From assembly GCF_000315625.1 (NCBI RefSeq), contig NW_005434648.1, positions 62,001 to 126,000 on the forward strand: a stretch of DNA of 64,000 bases, read 5' to 3'. Source of the stretch: Guillardia theta CCMP2712. Lineage: Eukaryota; Protista; Cryptophyta. Made by a program: the position numbers and the translations under genes. The notes under the pieces are model-generated. The model was given only the letters and a program-made list of their open reading frames with translations. It had not been told where the DNA came from and did no database searches. Below are positions 49,712 to 62,400 of this stretch, one piece after another; position 1 is the stretch's first letter, and each line of letters begins with the position of its first letter.

Positions 49712-52700
49712 ATGGTGACGTTCTATGGAGAAGCAGAGGTATCCTTGTTCTCCTTCCTCCTTCCTCTGCCTCATCCTTCCTCTTCTGCTGCCAACCTCTA
49801 CTGCATGTCACTTCCTCGAACCCTTCTTCCTTCATGCCTCACCTGACTTCTACTGCTCTGCTCGAACCTCTCTCACACTCCGTCCCTCCTAACTTCTCCT
49901 CGTCCCCCTGACCTGTCCCTCTCTTTCTTCTGCTCCACCAGACGATTTTCTTGACCAAGTTCGAGAATGCCAACGAAACCACTAGGAAGCTCTACGACGA
50001 CTTGAGCAGAGGTCGGGCATGCGGGGGAGCTTCGGCGAGTCTACTCACTTGCTGCATGTTGTGCTCTCAAGATGGAAAGCACGTTCTAGTCGCCACAGTA
50101 AAGTCTTCAGGGTCCCTGCTCATGGTGAGCGGGCGAGACGGGCGGTAGGAACAAGAACTGCTGTGCTGGTGCGAGCATGACGAGTGTGGAAGGCTCATAG
50201 TGGCGAGCAAGAACGGGACAGACAACGTGTACAGTCAGAGCGGGCACTACCTGCTGCTGAAACACCTGCGAGACGTGAGAGGGCAGGGAGGGTCGCTAAG
50301 AGAAATAACCTGCTGCTGCAGGAGTTTCCGGAGGGTTATCAGGTCAAGTACCGGCAGCTCATCCGTTTCCTCCAGCACAACAAGCTTTCGCTGGTTCCTC
50401 TCCCTCTGCTCTGAATTTGACGCTCAGCATGCACCACCCAGGGATGTGAAGTGATCGCCAACTGTCTGGGAGAGCATGGAGAAGTCCCCAAGACTGAACA
50501 TGTCGTCGTCAACGCAGTGTCCTGTAGGACGCGGCTGAAAGCCTTGTCGCCTCTTTTCCTCACTGTTCTTCGAGTGGGTTTCCTTGTGCAGCCTTGCGTG
50601 TCTGAGTTCCTTGCAGAGAGAGTTTCGACTGATCATCCCGGGGATGTACATCTTTCAAGATGGTGAGAAGTGAGGGGGAGGTCCGGCTGCTGAAGCCTAT
50701 CGCAAGCTCAAGTCTTCTACTCGACTTACGACAAGTTCCGATGGGACTTCAACGCGAGATGGTGCGACATCCATGATGCCATGAAGAGAGAGGCGTGGAA
50801 GCACATCGACATGGAGTACGACCGGCTGCACTCAGACCTGCTCGAGGTCTGCTGGGCAATTTGGGAGGAGATTCAATGTTCCTGACATGATGGCAGGGGT
50901 TTGTTGCCTACTGGATACCCAAGGAGGACGTAGCTTTCATGCTTGAGTCTAGTATGAGACATGGATGATGCGCAAGCATGTGACTGCTTGCTCAGATGGG
51001 GATGAAGGATTGGGACTGCTGGGGTTGGCCTCGTTGGAGCAGACGCTGGATCCTCTCGTCAGCAGTACGTCTCAGCCGACCCAGGAGCAGTGGCCGACCC
51101 TCGAGAGCCTCTTGGGGGATGCCGGACAGATGGATACGCTGTATGCTGAGGTGGGAAGGATTCTAGAGCGGGAGACGGGCGACCGAGTTCTGTCGGAAGC
51201 GAGAGAGGCGACATCGAAGAAAGAATCGATGCAGAAGCTCCGGGAGGAGTTTCGCATGTTGATGGCAAACAGCCGGCCGAGGATATTCGGTAGGGTCTCC
51301 TCGTTGCTGCGAGGCTGCGCTGACGGGATGGCAGACAACGACATGGTGGGGTACGGGGGAGTTTCCTTCATGAAGATGATCAGCGCGTTAGAGCAGCTGC
51401 GTCTTCCTCACGAATTGAAAGTTTCCCGTCCCGCCAGCTCCCAGTCGCCGCTCAAGAAGGAGAGCTTCAACGAGTTCCTCGTCACGGTCCACGTGCTGCA
51501 GGACTCCGCCTTTCCCAAGTACGAGAAATACAGGCAAGAGAATGAAGACGAGAACCTGCCGCCTCTGCTACGAGGATACACGTGGTACATCTCATTTCTC
51601 AACGAGGAGGAGGAGCAGGATCGTCCGAGCAAGAAGGCGTGCCTGGAGCAGCAGCAGGAGGAGGAGACACTTCTTGACATGGATACGCTCTTGTCGCACG
51701 GGCCCTTGGAGGGGAGCGTGTGGAAGTTCAAGGTCGTCTCGTACATGATCCGAACCTTCCTCTATCGCAATCTCGGGAGTGTACTCGCTAAGAATGGCAA
51801 CAAGGCTTCCTTCCTTCAGAGCACGGAGAGACTCATCGAGTCCTGGGCCCCTCCGATGTCTGTGAAGGAGGAGCTGTACAAGCGAGCCACCCTCTGGGCT
51901 GACAGCATCATGGCTCTTTCCCCTGATGAACGCAACGATCTCGCGCGTGGAAAGTATCTTTCTGTCCTCCGCAGTCACCTGGACGTCATTGCTCGAGGGC
52001 AAGGTGCCGTCGCGTCGAGTCAGGAGGAGGTTGGCATTTACTTTCTCATTTCTCTCCATCCTTGGTTCGAGGAAACGGCTCGCCTGCTCTCAGACCATCT
52101 CGCTCATCGGACGGGATTCCGCCGAAATGTCCTTAAGCCCGAGGACTTGAGCATGGAAAACGCCGTGCTTCTAGCTGGCATGTCGGGTGTCGTCTTCGGG
52201 CAGATCGGGGATGGGCACATCTTCAAGGTCGCTCGTCTCATCTCGAAGCTTCCGCTCAAGACCCGAGCAGCAGTGGTCGTCATGCATGCGGTGAGCTTGG
52301 AGCACGCGGACGCAGAGTGCGACCGCCGAGGACTGGCAGCGGATGCAGACGAGAGGAAGAAGCTCAAGGGCTTGTGTGCGAGCGTGATGGACCATATGGA
52401 CAGACTCCAGACGTCGCTTGGGTCGGGAGCTTGCTTCCAGCTCCTGAGCATCTCAGAGGGAGAGGGTGACGACAGAAACCAGAGCTGTGAACGGATCATG
52501 GCGGCCATGCGCGCAGCTCGGGAGAGGATGATCAAACCCCCGAAGGAGCTGGTGCAGGGAGGACGAGGCTCTCCTTTTAGCACGATCCACATTGTCATGT
52601 TCGTCACTGTGGTGGGATGGGGAAAGAACGCTATCTGCGACAAGGTGACTGGTGCCCGTGCCTGTGTGCGTGCCTGACGACTTCTTGCAGCTAGAGGCGA

Positions 52701-53983
52701 TACACAAGCAGTCACTGGCAGGAGGAGGAGGAGGTCTGCATGGGCTGCTGGGGTTGCCCGAGGGAGAGCTGTGCGTGCTGGAGGGCGACCATCTGAAGAA
52801 GACGTTTTGGACTGAAGTAGAGAAAGTGTTCAGAAGGAAGAGCATGAACCTCCTCATCCTCAACCGAAACTTCCCCCCCAACTCCTGGGCCACCAGCCTC
52901 TCCAAGCTCGACAAGGCCGGAAAGATGGCAGGGAGAAGCTTTCACGTTAGCGCGGCCCTCCCGTACTCGCAGGCGACTTCGGGATACGCGTTTGGTCTCG
53001 CGGACCTCGCTGTCTGCCTCCAGTCGGTTCAGATGCGGAGGAATCACGGTACAAGTTTGGACGGCGAGCAGAGTCAAGAGACATGCAAAGTGACCAGCAT
53101 GTTCTTCAACTTCTACAACTACCAAGACTGGGAGACGCTCGCCCAGTCTGTGCGAACTCAACTCACCCGCAGGGTTGCTGTCGTCCCGTGGCTGAAGGAG
53201 GGAGCTGAAGAGGAGCTTGCGAGACACGAGGAGCTCTCAGCGTCAGTCCAGCTGGTGGCTACGATGCCTCAGGGGATGTTCAACCTCGGCCACGAGACGA
53301 GCACACGCGACTGCCTAGCCCGCCCTAAGCACCAGGAGCTCCTCAGCTCACTGCGGTTGTCGCTCGATGAGGTCGTTGACAACTTGACACGCAGTCTAAG
53401 GACATCGTTCGGTGTCAGCGGCATGCAGGACATCGCTCCTCGATACGCCAGCATCGATCTCGATCAGCAGTCGGTAGTCGCACTCGTTCATAGCGTGTCC
53501 TCTCACGTCCCCGAGGATATCGCAAGGAGGCTGCAGGAGTATCAACAGTCTTCTGCTCGCAGGAGGTACCACGTCACGCTGTGGCATTCTCAATCGCATG
53601 CTGTGGAGCTGCTGCAAGAGTTGAGCGAGTTCAAGGGCGCTGCTCAGGTGATCTCGCCAGGTGAGCCGCGAGCTTGTCTTGGTGTGGTTGTGACGTCTGC
53701 GCCAGCTCTCCTCGTGGCCGACGAGTACTGTATCGCCCTCTCTGTTCGCGTGCTCTCCAACGCCCTGAGCCCCACCGTCCCTTGCTACAACCAGTTCCCC
53801 CATGTCACCCTATGGTGCGTCAAGCCCGACATGGCAAAGCACTCGAACGAGCTGATCGAGGCTGCGGTGGCTGGAGGAGACAACGGGGGCGACTCTCCCC
53901 GCCCCTTCACGCTTGACCTGCAGGAGCTCCAGGACGACGTTGTGCGTTCTTCTCTGTGCGGGACTGTACGATGGCACTTTTGA
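49712..53983 (+). CDS. Plant-type trifunctional tRNA ligase (RNL/Trl1 architecture: adenylyltransferase + polynucleotide kinase + 2',3'-cyclic phosphodiesterase)
   Basis: Ligase motif I TVKSSGSLLM (Lys at 50101), SKN, CEVIANCLGEHGEVPKTEHVVVNAV, LLEGFVA, KFKVVSYMIRTFLYRN. Kinase P-loop VTVVGWGKN (GWGKN 52615-52629), GDHLKKTFW, LNRN, VQMRRNH. Two 2H motifs HVTL at 53570 and 53801. First exon 49712-49738. Confidence 0.85.
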
Positions 53984-54264
53984 TTAAAGCAGTGTTGATT
54001 GACTCCATCCCACATCTGCTAGGAAGGCTGTGAGGCTGCATACGTTCTCTCTGATTCAGCATATACTCGCTTTCGTTTGTTCCTCTGTGTGCTATTTTCT
54101 GGCTGCCCGGGCCGTGCAGGCCTGGCCAGTGGACTCGGAGCCTGCCGTGGAGCAGCGCGGCCCGTGGACCGTCGGACTCCGGGAGGCCCCGGGTACTGTG
54201 TGGGGATGCGGGGGGATACATGACCGAGTGGAAATGTTTTTCAAATTTTCAAAACCAGGGTGGG

Positions 54265-54445
54265 ATGAGGAGGAAGAGACAGGAGAGGAGGGAGAGGAGG
54301 GAGAGAAGGGAGAGACAGGAGAGGAGGGAGTGGAGGAAGGGACGGGAGAGGAGGGAGTGGAGGAAGAGGAAGAAGAGAAAGGAGAGGGGGGAGAGGAGGA
54401 AGAGACGGGAGAGGAGGGAGAGGAGGGACGACAGGAGGGAAGAGA
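54265..54445. repeat. Purine-rich degenerate repeat (GGAGAGGAG-based)
   Basis: Seen directly; gives the spurious acidic ORF 54030-54578. Confidence 0.7.
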
Positions 54446-54856
54446 GATAGAAGTGAGAGGCAAGAGATGGGAGAAAACAGGAAGGGAGACGAAAGAGACG
54501 AAAGGCACTTTGGGCAATATCCAGAGGCAGAATGACAGCATGGTGCGAAGTGGAGGATTAGGGAGTGTGATGGAATGATGAGACGAATATTGGAAGAAGT
54601 TCAAGGTATCACCAAAGTCTTACTGAAAGAAGTGTGGATATACTATTCAGAGTGCATTACAATGATTCCACTTATGTAGGACAGTGAGTGAGGGTGCGAG
54701 AGCAGGGGCGAAAGAGATGAAATGAAGGCAACTCCAAAGGACTTAATATTTTTCATGACATCTTCTTTTGCAGGTCGGCAAACAGCAGATGGCGGCGGCA
54801 AATCCTATGCCATGTGATTGATTCTTGATTCTTGGCTGTAGAATTCAAAGGATAGG

Positions 54857-56870
54857 ATGGAGATAGCAAGAGTTCTTGACCGTGTTGAGAAGACAGCAGA
54901 GAAACTCAATAGTGATTCGCGAAAGATTCTCTTTGAAAAGATTCTGGAATGCGCCAAATCATTTACCCAGCCGCCCACGAGGGAGGTTGCAAGCAAAGGG
55001 CAACTGCAATCGGATGATGATGGCATGAATAGCGACCGGTCGATGATGGAATCGACTCCTGAGAAGTTTCCTCGCCGCCGTGTGGACGCCAAGACTTCTC
55101 AACCAGCAAAGAGCTCAACGAAACGTAGAGCTATCTCTCTGCCTTGTAGGAGCGATCCCCTACTCTTCTGTGATCTTCAGGCTGAAGATATGCTGTGCAT
55201 TTTCCGCTTCCTGAACCATTTCGACTTGCGCAAGGCAATGCTTGTATGCAAGCATTGGAAGAAAGTTGCTTGCGACGATCGGCTGTGGTCTTGGATCTAC
55301 TCCAAGTCAGATTTGAAGATGCCCGAGGTGATGCCGAGATCGTGGAGGTGGGAGTTCCTGCGCGCCGAGCAGCTGCACCAGCGATGGGCCAACGGGATGT
55401 ACAGAAAGCGAAGACTCGCCGGGCATCGGGGCGCTATCAACTGCATGAGTGCTGAGGGAAACAAGATTGTGACGGGGTCGGACGATCACGACCTGAGAGT
55501 TTGGAATGTAATGGAAGCAGACGCGAGCTCCGTAAGGCTGCACGCGCACAAGGGGAAAGTGCTCTGCTGTTGTATCGTTGGCAAGTTCATCGCCAGCGGG
55601 TCCGAGGACTCCCTCGTCATCCTCTGGAACATGTCTAGCGGAAAGGTGAAGGGAAAACTTCGTCAACACCAGCAGCCAGTCACTTGCCTTGCAACCGACA
55701 AGAAGCAGCTCGTTTTCTCTGGAAGTGTTGATATGCAAATTTGTGTCTGGTGCACATCCACTTTGTCCAACATCGCTGTCTTGAGAGACCACCGCCTTGC
55801 TGTCTTTTGCCTCTCCTTCATCGCTCCTTTACAGCTGCTGGTGAGCGGAGGGAAGGAGTGCGAAGTTCGGGTGTGGAAGATGAAGGACAAGAACAAATCA
55901 ACCATCCTCCTCCGAGGGCATTCGGCCTCCGTTACTTGTCTAGACACCACGGACTCCCTCATTGCATCCGGGTCGGACGATCGATCAGTTCGCCTCTGGG
56001 ACGCGTTTTCAGGTTCCTGCGCTAGTCTGGGTGACTTTCACTGATCCTCCTCAACCAGGCTTGTGCTTGAGAACCTTCCTTGGGCATGGTGGGCCCGTCT
56101 CCGCATTGAACTTGGCTGGAAGCCGACTCTTCACAGGGAGGTGAGAGCGCTGGATGAGGAGATGCGTCATGGTAACTCGAGACGCCTCAGCTTTGACGGG
56201 AAAGTTCGGATGTTCGACCTGCTGTCGGGAAGGTGTAACAAGATTATGAACGGTCACAAGAATGTGAGAATTCCTATTTCAACCCGCTCTGCCTCACTCT
56301 TTCTGATGCCAGGCCATCCTGTCCTTGTCTGCTTCAGAGTCGTTCTGCGTCTCGGGAGCCAATGACCACGATGTTCGGGTCTGGGACTGCAGGAGAGAAA
56401 CTTGCGGGGAACCTGCTGCAGACACCATCAAGTTGCTAGCAGACAGCTATCCAGGGAGCGCGAACAATAGCATGGAGGTGGAGGAATTGACAGACGGTCG
56501 GTCTTTTCTCGCGTTGTGACTGCACGTGACCTTTACAGCAGAGGAATACGTCGACGAGGTGTACGGCATGTACGAGGAGCCTGAAGCTCGTCGAACGCAG
56601 ATCCTCTCCTCAGGTCTCTTCCTCCAACAAGGACTCTCCTGCTCTGCTCACATGGTAACAGGCACCAGCTGCAGCTCGGGATACTCACTGAGAGGACACT
56701 CATCTGGTGTTCAAGCGGTGACGCTCATTCGCGATCGGTTTGTCGTGTCGGTGAGTCAGTCAAGGGACTTGGACTCCCCGTCCCTTTGCCCCTCACATCC
56801 TTCCCCCTTCCTGACTTGTTGTCAGGCGTCGGATGACTATCATGTCTGCGTTTGGGACTTTGCTTTTTGA
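54857..56870 (+). CDS. F-box/WD40-repeat protein (FBXW7/beta-TrCP-like SCF substrate receptor)
   Basis: F-box LQAEDMLCIFRFL..DLRKAMLVCKHW...DRLW. At least 7 WD repeats (GH..INC, TGSDDHDLRVWN, SGSEDSLVILWN, SGSDDRSVRLWD, SGANDHDVRVWD, SDDYHVCVWDF). Confidence 0.92.
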
Positions 56871-57021
56871 GGTTGCTTGCGCAAGAATCTATCAAGTTCC
56901 GAATTCCAATGAATGGGACACGCTGATCAATTGAAGCGACAAATGTTGAGGGTGTCTTTGTGATAAAAAACAATACATGGAGCTATGTACAAGTGAGGGA
57001 GGCCAAACATAATGCACAAGG

Positions 57022-58659
57022 TCAAAACGACCGATGAGGCAAACCAAATTTGATGGCCGGATGATCTCGTCTATCCTGCCACGTTAACAAGGGCTCTGAC
57101 TTCTTACGAAACATGGAACCAACATCCTTGTTCGGGCTCAAAGACCTCCGCACGTCGTGATGGTCAGTCTCGAATCCTCGATCTGCTCGCCACATCCTGT
57201 CGTCGTGCACGATCGCCGCATCTCTCCAGCGGTCGTCACCGTCATCTTCATCCTCTTCATTTTCTTCTGCTGGTACGCGACTTGCGTATCTCGAATGAAG
57301 TGATGAGCGAACTCGTTCAGCAAGTCTCATGGCTGTTCGCTCCTCGAAATCCGAAAGAATCAACTCCGGTGTATTCGATTCTGCGAGCGCGAGAGTATCG
57401 TTGGATTCGATCCGGTCTGAGTTGACTGCTATCCCACAAGCTCGCAGGAGTTCACAAGTTCGCCTGGCAACACGCTTTGCTGCAAGGAATGAGTCACGTT
57501 TCGAGGTCACTAGAAAGATCTATGTACCGAGCTCTTCTCCTCGCAGAGTAGTCGAGACTTGGACCATTTGTCCACCCGCGACCGTTTGAAGAGTAATCGT
57601 GACTGCATCTTGATTCCCAGAAAAAGAACCGAGACCGTCGAGGTTATGAGCACTCACGTTTGGTCCAGGGAGCGAAACAGCTTCATACGCTCTCGAAGGA
57701 AGAACCATGTGCACGTCCCTCCTCCCACGAGTGAACTCCTCCTGGAGCTCTGGAGAGTTTCTGAGGACATGACTGTCTATGGATCTCCCACTCGTAATGA
57801 TAGGAAAATCCAGGCTCCCTGCGCCATCTCTGTCCCGTGGGTGCTCGAATGATCTAAACGAACTGTCTTGAAACTCGATGCTCTCAGCAGAGTCATCACT
57901 TTCAAGCTCGTAGTTTTCATCTTCTCCGAACGGGTTTGCATCTAAATCCTGTGCAGCAAGATCGTCCTCAGAGGAATCCTACCATCATCGTCAGGAAGAA
58001 CTCTCCCAGCAATGTACAACATACCGGTGGTGGCATGGCAGGAGCGCTGAAGCCACTGCCGTACCCGTATCCATTCCCATACCTATGGCCCGGAAAGCTG
58101 TTGGAATCCCTCATGTTCATCGCTGACAAGTCGTCCGCGACGCCAGAATATGGAGAGCGAGCAAGGACATGGTCAATGTCCGATCGAAATGTTCGCTCGT
58201 GCCGTACACGACTTAATCTGGACACATCGTTCAAAAAAAGCAGGCCGAAAGTAAACCGGTCGTTGACCTCGCAAGTATGTTGTTCTGAGAGTTCTGATAA
58301 GCAGAAGTCCTGTACTCTATACATCTGAAGTGAGTGGAGCTACTGGGGCACCACTCGCACATACCTGGAGACATGTAGTTGTGCAAATGGTCTCGAGCCA
58401 TGATGTTGTTATTATGTTCATCCATTACAAACGAGCCTGTAACAGATCATTCAACACACAACCCTTGACTCCACCAGCTAGGATACCGCCAAACTCGGTC
58501 TGACCATGGTGCTGAAGCAAGAAGATTGTTAGTCTCAAGATAGTCTTTGAGAAAGAGTTCTACCGGGATGGAACGGTCAAAGTCGAGCTCGTTTCGATTC
58601 AGCGTCGCTTCTCGAGCAGTGATGATTTGAACGAAGCAGAAAAGAAGAACAATAACCAT
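57022..58659 (-). CDS. Hypothetical secreted protein, multi-exon
   Basis: Signal-like start MVIVLLFCFVQIITA, with consecutive minus-strand exon ORFs (58447-58659, 58231-58425, 57968-58324, 57520-57714, 57022-57510). Confidence 0.55.
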
Positions 58660-59457
58660 ATTCGGTGTGAGTGGGATGCGGAGAGAAGGTGAGAATGAAG
58701 TGAGGGACGTTGGAGCAGGAATTTGCGACAGGAAATATTAGGATGACAGAATTGAAGCTGTCAGATCTCGGTTGTCAGAGAAAGATTGTGAGGAGGAAGG
58801 AAGGGAGACAGGCAGGAAGAGGAAAGGAGGGAGGGAGGGAGGAGGGAGGAGTGAGAGAGAGGAGGAAGATAGGAAGAGGAGAGGACGGAGAAGCAGGTAG
58901 AAGCAGGAGAACGCGAAGGAGACTGGGGTCGATGGAGAAAAGTTTTGAGCTACAATGTAGGGGGGCAGATGTCGGGAGATCCCACCGGTACTATGAGGCT
59001 CTACCTGGGGGTGGGGGTGTGGGATGGTCGTATCTACGACAGGGGGTAGGGTGCCATGAATAAAACATACTCACACCGGTACTTGGATGTTCTGGGCGTG
59101 TCAAAAACGGGGTGGGTGGTCTGCGCAGGGTCGCAATTTGGGGGTGGTCCTGTAACGACCAAGTAACCGATCATACTAAAACCGTTACTATCACAGTTAC
59201 AAAACTCTTAAAGAAACCTCTTAGGGTACCGGAGATGCCGGGAGAATCAGTGGTCAGTGGGGGGACGAGGTTGTTGGAGAGGGGAATGGCTCGGGGAAAC
59301 GGGGCAGCGCCTGGTAGGGGTTGAGGAGAGGAGGAGGAGAGCGAGTGAAGTAGGTGCGAGGGAGACAGCAAGGATCATTTCCGAGGGAGGAGAGCGAGCT
59401 TCGGCGCTATCGTTCTGTGATTGAGAGAGAAATCTTGGGATTCCCAAGTTGTGCAAA

Positions 59458-62400
59458 ATGGCTTTGCGTCCGTCAGGTGTAGAGGTTACCGCGGATCAAC
59501 TGCAACAAGACATGAAAGAAGCAGAGATCGCGCATCTAAAGAACCAGCTTGCTTCAACTGAATCTGAGGTTGAAAGGCTGCAGTCCGCGAACATGCGACT
59601 GAGCATGCAATTGCGCGAGACTCAGAATCTGCTGTGGAACAATGTGTCCGATGAGGGGATGATGTCTCAGCTGCTGGAACTCCAAAGCTTCATTTGGAAC
59701 GCTGATGTTGAGAATACCCTACAGGCAAAAGAGCGGTTGCTTGACGCCGCAGGTTTCAGCAACATTCTGTTGGTTGAGTTGAAACAAATACAAGCGAATG
59801 TCTTTGCCCTGAGGGATTCAACAGTGTTTCTCTCCGAAGAGAATGCACGGATGAAGGAAGAGCTGAACATGCTAACTGCTGAGAATTATAAATTGAAAGA
59901 AGACTTCGAAAGATTCAAGAAGACCGCTGATGATGAAAGGGTTGCCCTTCTGCAAAAATTGCAGGAGTACAAAGGGAATTTCTTAGCTTTTGCTCCTGGA
60001 AGTCACGATGAAGATAATCATTCTTTGGAGTTAGGACATAATCGCTATACAGAGATGCCACTGTTGGTGGAGTATGGTGAACTCTCACAATCACACATGG
60101 ACACCTCGGCTGAGGTAGATGCGACCCACGACAGTTGGTCGAGCGATGGCGAGGTAGGAGCTCTGGAACAGCTTGCAGACAATTACATCGGGTTTCATGC
60201 TGCTGGCTTTTCTGTTGCACAGGTTGCCGACCAGCTCAAGGATGAGCAGTTCGAGTCGCTGGCAGGATCGGGGCCTCCAGTTGTTCCCGAGCTGAATGTC
60301 GGGGCAGCAGCAGCAGCAGCAGCAGATAAGCTGCCTCCTACGTCTTCAGCTCTGACTGAGCGAATCCGAGATGACGTCACGGAAATTCTCAACCTCACAC
60401 GCCAGTGCGATCTACATATCATGGCATTAAGGAATCTTCAGAGGGAGACGGTGGGCCAGATACAACAGAACAGTGAAACACAGATTGCCAGGTCTGGAAG
60501 CGACCGAGCAGCAGTGTTGGCTGATGCTGATAGCCTTGAAAGCACTGCCGTGAATCATCCGTCTTGGTCAAACATCAGCCAGACAAGAGACGGACAAGAC
60601 CATCGGCGTGATCTCAACCAGATCCGCGATGGAGGACAGACAACGAAGTCACAAGCCGAACTTGAACTACAAAAATTCAGCCACATTTTGGAGGAGTGCG
60701 ACAACCAATCAGAAGAGCTTCAACAAGAGCAGGAGAAAATGTTAGCAGAGATAAAACGGCTACGGGAGGAGCTGGCGAGGCTGGAAGCAGAGCGAGGCAG
60801 CGGAGGAGGCAGCGGAGGAGGAGGGAGGACAGGGGAGGCGAACCCGTTCGACGACCTACTGCTGGACTTTGGGGACAAGGAGGAGGCAGGGAGAAGCGCG
60901 GGAGGGCCGGAAGGGACGGAAGGGGGAGGAGGGGAGAGGGGGCTCGGGGATCTGCTCGGGCTCGGGGAGGACGGGGGAGAGGCAGGCGGGGACTTTGGAA
61001 AGGAAAGCAAAAGAGAAAATCAACATCAAATTTTTGGGGAGAGCAAGTTTGAGAGGGTTCTGCTAGGAAAGGGATGGAATGAGGGTATAGAACATGACCC
61101 AGGTGCAACTCATAAGAATCATAACGAAGAAAATGGCGTGCAAGAAAAAGAAGCAAAGTCTGATGCAGACAAGCTCGAACAAGAACAATTGTTCGAAATT
61201 GAGAAGAAGAAACAAGCAGCTGAAGAAGCGGCGGCGGTAGAGGCGGCGATAGCAGAGCTAGCTACGAGCCTGGGGAGGCTGGAGGGGCAGGTAGAGGCAG
61301 GGCTGCAGGAGGCGAGGCGGCAGCGGGATCAGGACCGGGAGGAAGCAGCAAGGCGGGAAGGAGGAAGGGCGATGGCACATGCGGCGGCGGAGGCTCACGT
61401 GGGGAGCGTGTGGGAGGTCCTGGAAGAGTACAGAGAGAGCGTGAGGGAGCTGGAGGAGGAGCAGAAGGGGATGGAGGAGGAGATGGGGAGGCTACGGGAG
61501 GAGCTGGCGAGGCTGGAAGCAGAGCGAGGCAGCGGGGGAGGAAGAGGAGGAGGAGGAGGNNNNNNNNNNNNNNNNNNNNNNNNNNNNNNNNNNNNNNNNN
61601 NNNNNNNNNNNNNNNNNNNNNNNNNNNNNNNNNNNNNNNNNNNNNNNNNNNNNNNNNNNNNNNNNNNNNNNNNNNNNNNNNNNNNNNNNNNNNNNNNNNN
61701 NNNNNNNNNNNNNNNNNNNNNNNNNNNNNNNNNNNNNNNNNNNNNNNNNNNNNNNNNNNNNNNNNNNNNNNNNNNNNNNNNNNNNNNNNNNNNNNNNNNN
61801 NNNNNNNNNNNNNNNNNNNNNNNNNNNNNNNNNNNNNNNNNNNNNNNNNNNNNNNNNNNNNNNNNNNNNNNNNNNNNNNNNNNNNNNNNNNNNNNNNNNN
61901 NNNNNNNNNNNNNNNNNNNNNNNNNNNNNNNNNNNNNNNNNNNNNNNNNNNNNNNNNNNNNNNNNNNNNNNNNNNNNNNNNNNNNNNNNNNNNNNNNNNN
62001 NNNNNNNNNNNNNNNNNNNNNNNNNNNNNNNNNNNNNNNNNNNNNNNNNNNNNNNNNNNNNNNNNNNNNNNNNNNNNNAAGGCGGGAAGGAGGAAGGGCG
62101 ATGGCACATGCGGCGGCGGAGGCTCACGTGGGGAGCGTGTGGGAGGTCCTGGAAGAGTACAGAGAGAGCGTGAGGGAGCTGGAGGAGGAGCAGAAGGGGA
62201 TGGAGGAGGAGATGGGGAGGCTACGGGAGGAGCTGGCGAGGCTGGAAGCAGAGCGAGGCAGCGGAGGAGGCAGCGGAGGAGGAGGGAGGACAGGGGAGGC
62301 GAACCCGTTCGACGACCTACTGCTGGACTTTGGGGACAAGGAGGAGGCAGGGAGAAGCGCGGGAGGGCCGGAAGGGACGGAACGGGGAGGAGGGGAGAGG

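Noticed and set aside
48887-49846. 319-aa plus-strand ORF
   Set aside because: Antisense shadow of the USP gene; no motifs.
50965-53983. ORFs 50965-52677 and 52652-53983 as two overlapping genes or a programmed frameshift
   Set aside because: A short GT-AG intron at ~52645-52690 joins them within the kinase domain.
54030-54604. Acidic and Ser/Pro-rich ORFs on both strands
   Set aside because: They arise from a GA-rich intergenic repeat.
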